From: a virus
Reading direction: 5' to 3' (one strand)
Length of the DNA: 64,000 nt
IMG/VR virus record: IMGVR_UViG_3300040959_000809
A program made the position numbers and the translations under genes. Position 1 is the stretch's first letter. Every line of letters begins with the position of its first letter. This document shows, in pieces, positions 62,323 to 64,000 of this stretch. The notes beneath the pieces were generated by a model. It did not search any database, was not told the origin of the DNA, and worked only from the letters and a program-made list of their open reading frames with translations.

Positions 62323-63540
62323 TTACATTTCCATAAAACCGTGCATCATATAATCCCATACGAAATTTGACTCCTCATTAGAAGTTTTCATATGCTTTTT
62401 AAAATATGAAGGATGCACCCACCAATCTTCGTATGTTTGCTTATCATCAAGTGCAATATCATTAGCACATAAAATATAACCTGCCTTTTCTAGGTGTTCT
62501 CTGGCTACAGTTTTAATTTCGTCACCCCACCAACATGAATTATGCTGAAACTGAATGACTGAAAAATCATATCTTTTAAATGGAATTTTTAATAATGTTT
62601 TTAATGATGCTTCCTCACAATTAATTCTTAGGAAATCAATATGTTCTTCCATACAATGACTTTTAAGTAGAGCTTCATAATCTATTTCTTCAGCGTTGCC
62701 TGTAATGATTGTAGAATTTCTTGTCTGTGCATGTTTATAACATGTTTTTTCATTAATGTCAACAGAAATTCCTTTCCATCCAAATGTCTTTTCCAGTAAT
62801 GCAGTAGCATTCCATGTAAATGGCTCACCGGATCCAAGCTCGATAAATGATCCACGTTCCTTTCCATCCAATACCGAGAGCACAAACATATCCTGAAAGT
62901 GTCTAGCATAATTTTCAGTTACTTTTCCAAGACCTTTAAATGGGAACTTATAAAGGCTTTTATCTTCTCTGTTATATTTTAATGAGCTTGGATAACCTAC
63001 TGTATCCAAAGTACTATTGACTTTTGTTTTTAGATCTTTATCAGAAATAATATCTTTATATTTTAAATTAAATAGAGCCTGTTTACCCTGATCCTTACCA
63101 TTATCTTTCCATAGAGCCAATGCATTTAAGTATTTAATTCCATGCATTCCTGGATAATCGACATCCAAATCATTCTGATCTTTTAATGATAGACCAATAC
63201 CTGAGTACATCAATGATGGTCTCCATTGATCCATATCCTGGTGCCACTTTGCAAGAAAATAGTATGCCTCTGGTCTTTGGGGTAAGACACCAACCGCATT
63301 TTCCATAATGGATCTTGCACTCTGCCACCGACCTTTAGCTCTATAATAGATCTTGCTTAATTGAATTAGAGACTTATATTGCAATTCCTTATCTTCATAT
63401 TCATAATCTGCAGCACGAAGATAAAATGTTGCGGCCGCGGCACCTTGTTCGAGCCGATCATATTCTTTAGCAAGAGCAAACATTTTTTGTGTGTTATGTG
63501 TATCTAACACGACGTCATTTAATAATTCTTGTAAAACCAT
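62323..63540 (-). CDS. TPR-like domain fused to an FkbM-like methyltransferase
   Basis: N-terminus AKEYD..Q.A.A.TFYLRAA, PQRPEAYYFL; C-terminus QDMFVL, FIELGSG, W.GISVD, IDFL.I, EDWWVHP. Confidence 0.72.
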   Translation of the reverse strand: MVLQELLNDVVLDTHNTQKMFALAKEYDRLEQGAAAATFYLRAADYEYEDKELQYKSLIQLSKIYYRAKGRWQSARSIMENAVGVLPQRPEAYYFLAKWHQDMDQWRPSLMYSGIGLSLKDQNDLDVDYPGMHGIKYLNALALWKDNGKDQGKQALFNLKYKDIISDKDLKTKVNSTLDTVGYPSSLKYNREDKSLYKFPFKGLGKVTENYARHFQDMFVLSVLDGKERGSFIELGSGEPFTWNATALLEKTFGWKGISVDINEKTCYKHAQTRNSTIITGNAEEIDYEALLKSHCMEEHIDFLRINCEEASLKTLLKIPFKRYDFSVIQFQHNSCWWGDEIKTVAREHLEKAGYILCANDIALDDKQTYEDWWVHPSYFKKHMKTSNEESNFVWDYMMHGFMEM

Positions 63541-63543
63541 AAT

Positions 63544-63999
63544 CTATCCCTTAGTAATAAAATCAAAAAATACCTGCTGTGGCATTCTTAAAATATATGA
63601 TGCATTATCTACAAGACCATATGAGATTAAAATATCACCGTTTAAAAAAGTAACCCCGGTTGCAAATTCAATGTTATATTCTTGACCTGAAACAATGTCG
63701 TTATGAGAGCCCATAAAATGGAATTCTTTTGAAGAGTAAACAATATTCCAATCATTATCCCAAATAATTACACGGTGTGCATAGTTACCATCCTTACGAC
63801 CAAACGCATCTCTCCAAAGATTTGTTTCATGTGTGATAGCCATTCGTTGTGTTGGGTTGATTCTAACTACCTGAGAACCACCTCTAATATCTCTAGGAAA
63901 ATTATATTTGTTTTCCTCATCCAACACAGCGGTGGTTGTTTCTTTAGTTTCAATATTATAATGTGCAACCTGTGTAGGATTACACCACTTTACAAAGTG
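63544..63999 (-). CDS. GH130-like five-bladed propeller, C-terminal part (continues beyond window)
   Basis: Frame open to the window edge (HFVKWCNPTQV...); IRGGSQV, HRVIIWD, IEFATG, ISYG..DN. Confidence 0.55.
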   Translation of the reverse strand, partial: HFVKWCNPTQVAHYNIETKETTTAVLDEENKYNFPRDIRGGSQVVRINPTQRMAITHETNLWRDAFGRKDGNYAHRVIIWDNDWNIVYSSKEFHFMGSHNDIVSGQEYNIEFATGVTFLNGDILISYGLVDNASYILRMPQQVFFDFITKG

Positions 64000-64000
64000 C

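Noticed and set aside
1-64000. tRNA, rRNA or tmRNA genes and stop-codon reassignment
   Set aside because: No cloverleaf or T-loop GTTCGA context found in intergenic gaps by eye; core genes translate full-length in the standard code. A tRNAscan-SE/Infernal run would be decisive

Overview
A 64-kb slice of a large T4-like myovirus genome, with no window-internal host DNA. The host is most plausibly a marine alphaproteobacterium; this is inferred from a Shemin-pathway ALA synthase, a SleB-type hydrolase and PhoH. On the + strand (1-36 kb) lie the end of a peptidoglycan-binding protein, two gp67-like late proteins, overlapping spanins and a holin-like gene, then primase, ThyX, class Ia NrdAB and glutaredoxin. 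Next come an intact 5-aminolevulinate synthase with a micro-ORF and a YbaN/DUF454 gene, a glycan-modification block, RNase H, PhoH, a PAAR protein and a Cas4-like nuclease. A long run of small early genes follows, driven by a repeated AAAAAATGGTTGACA promoter cassette. On the - strand (36-64 kb) lies the T4 core head/tail module (gp23-22-21-X-20-19-18-17-16, a 3-gene insert, gp15-14-13), preceded by an 11-kb tandem array of six FG-GAP-like beta-propeller proteins and a second sugar-nucleotide block. T4 late promoters (TATAAATA) mark the late genes. The most unusual signals are the heme-precursor module, the six-propeller adhesin array flanked by glycan enzymes, an inverted repeat with a compensatory base change straddling the -35 box of four early promoters, and two near-consensus sigma70 promoters firing antisense into late operons. 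No tRNA, CRISPR array, intron, intein or reverse transcriptase was recognised. All family assignments are from motif recognition by eye, not database searches.
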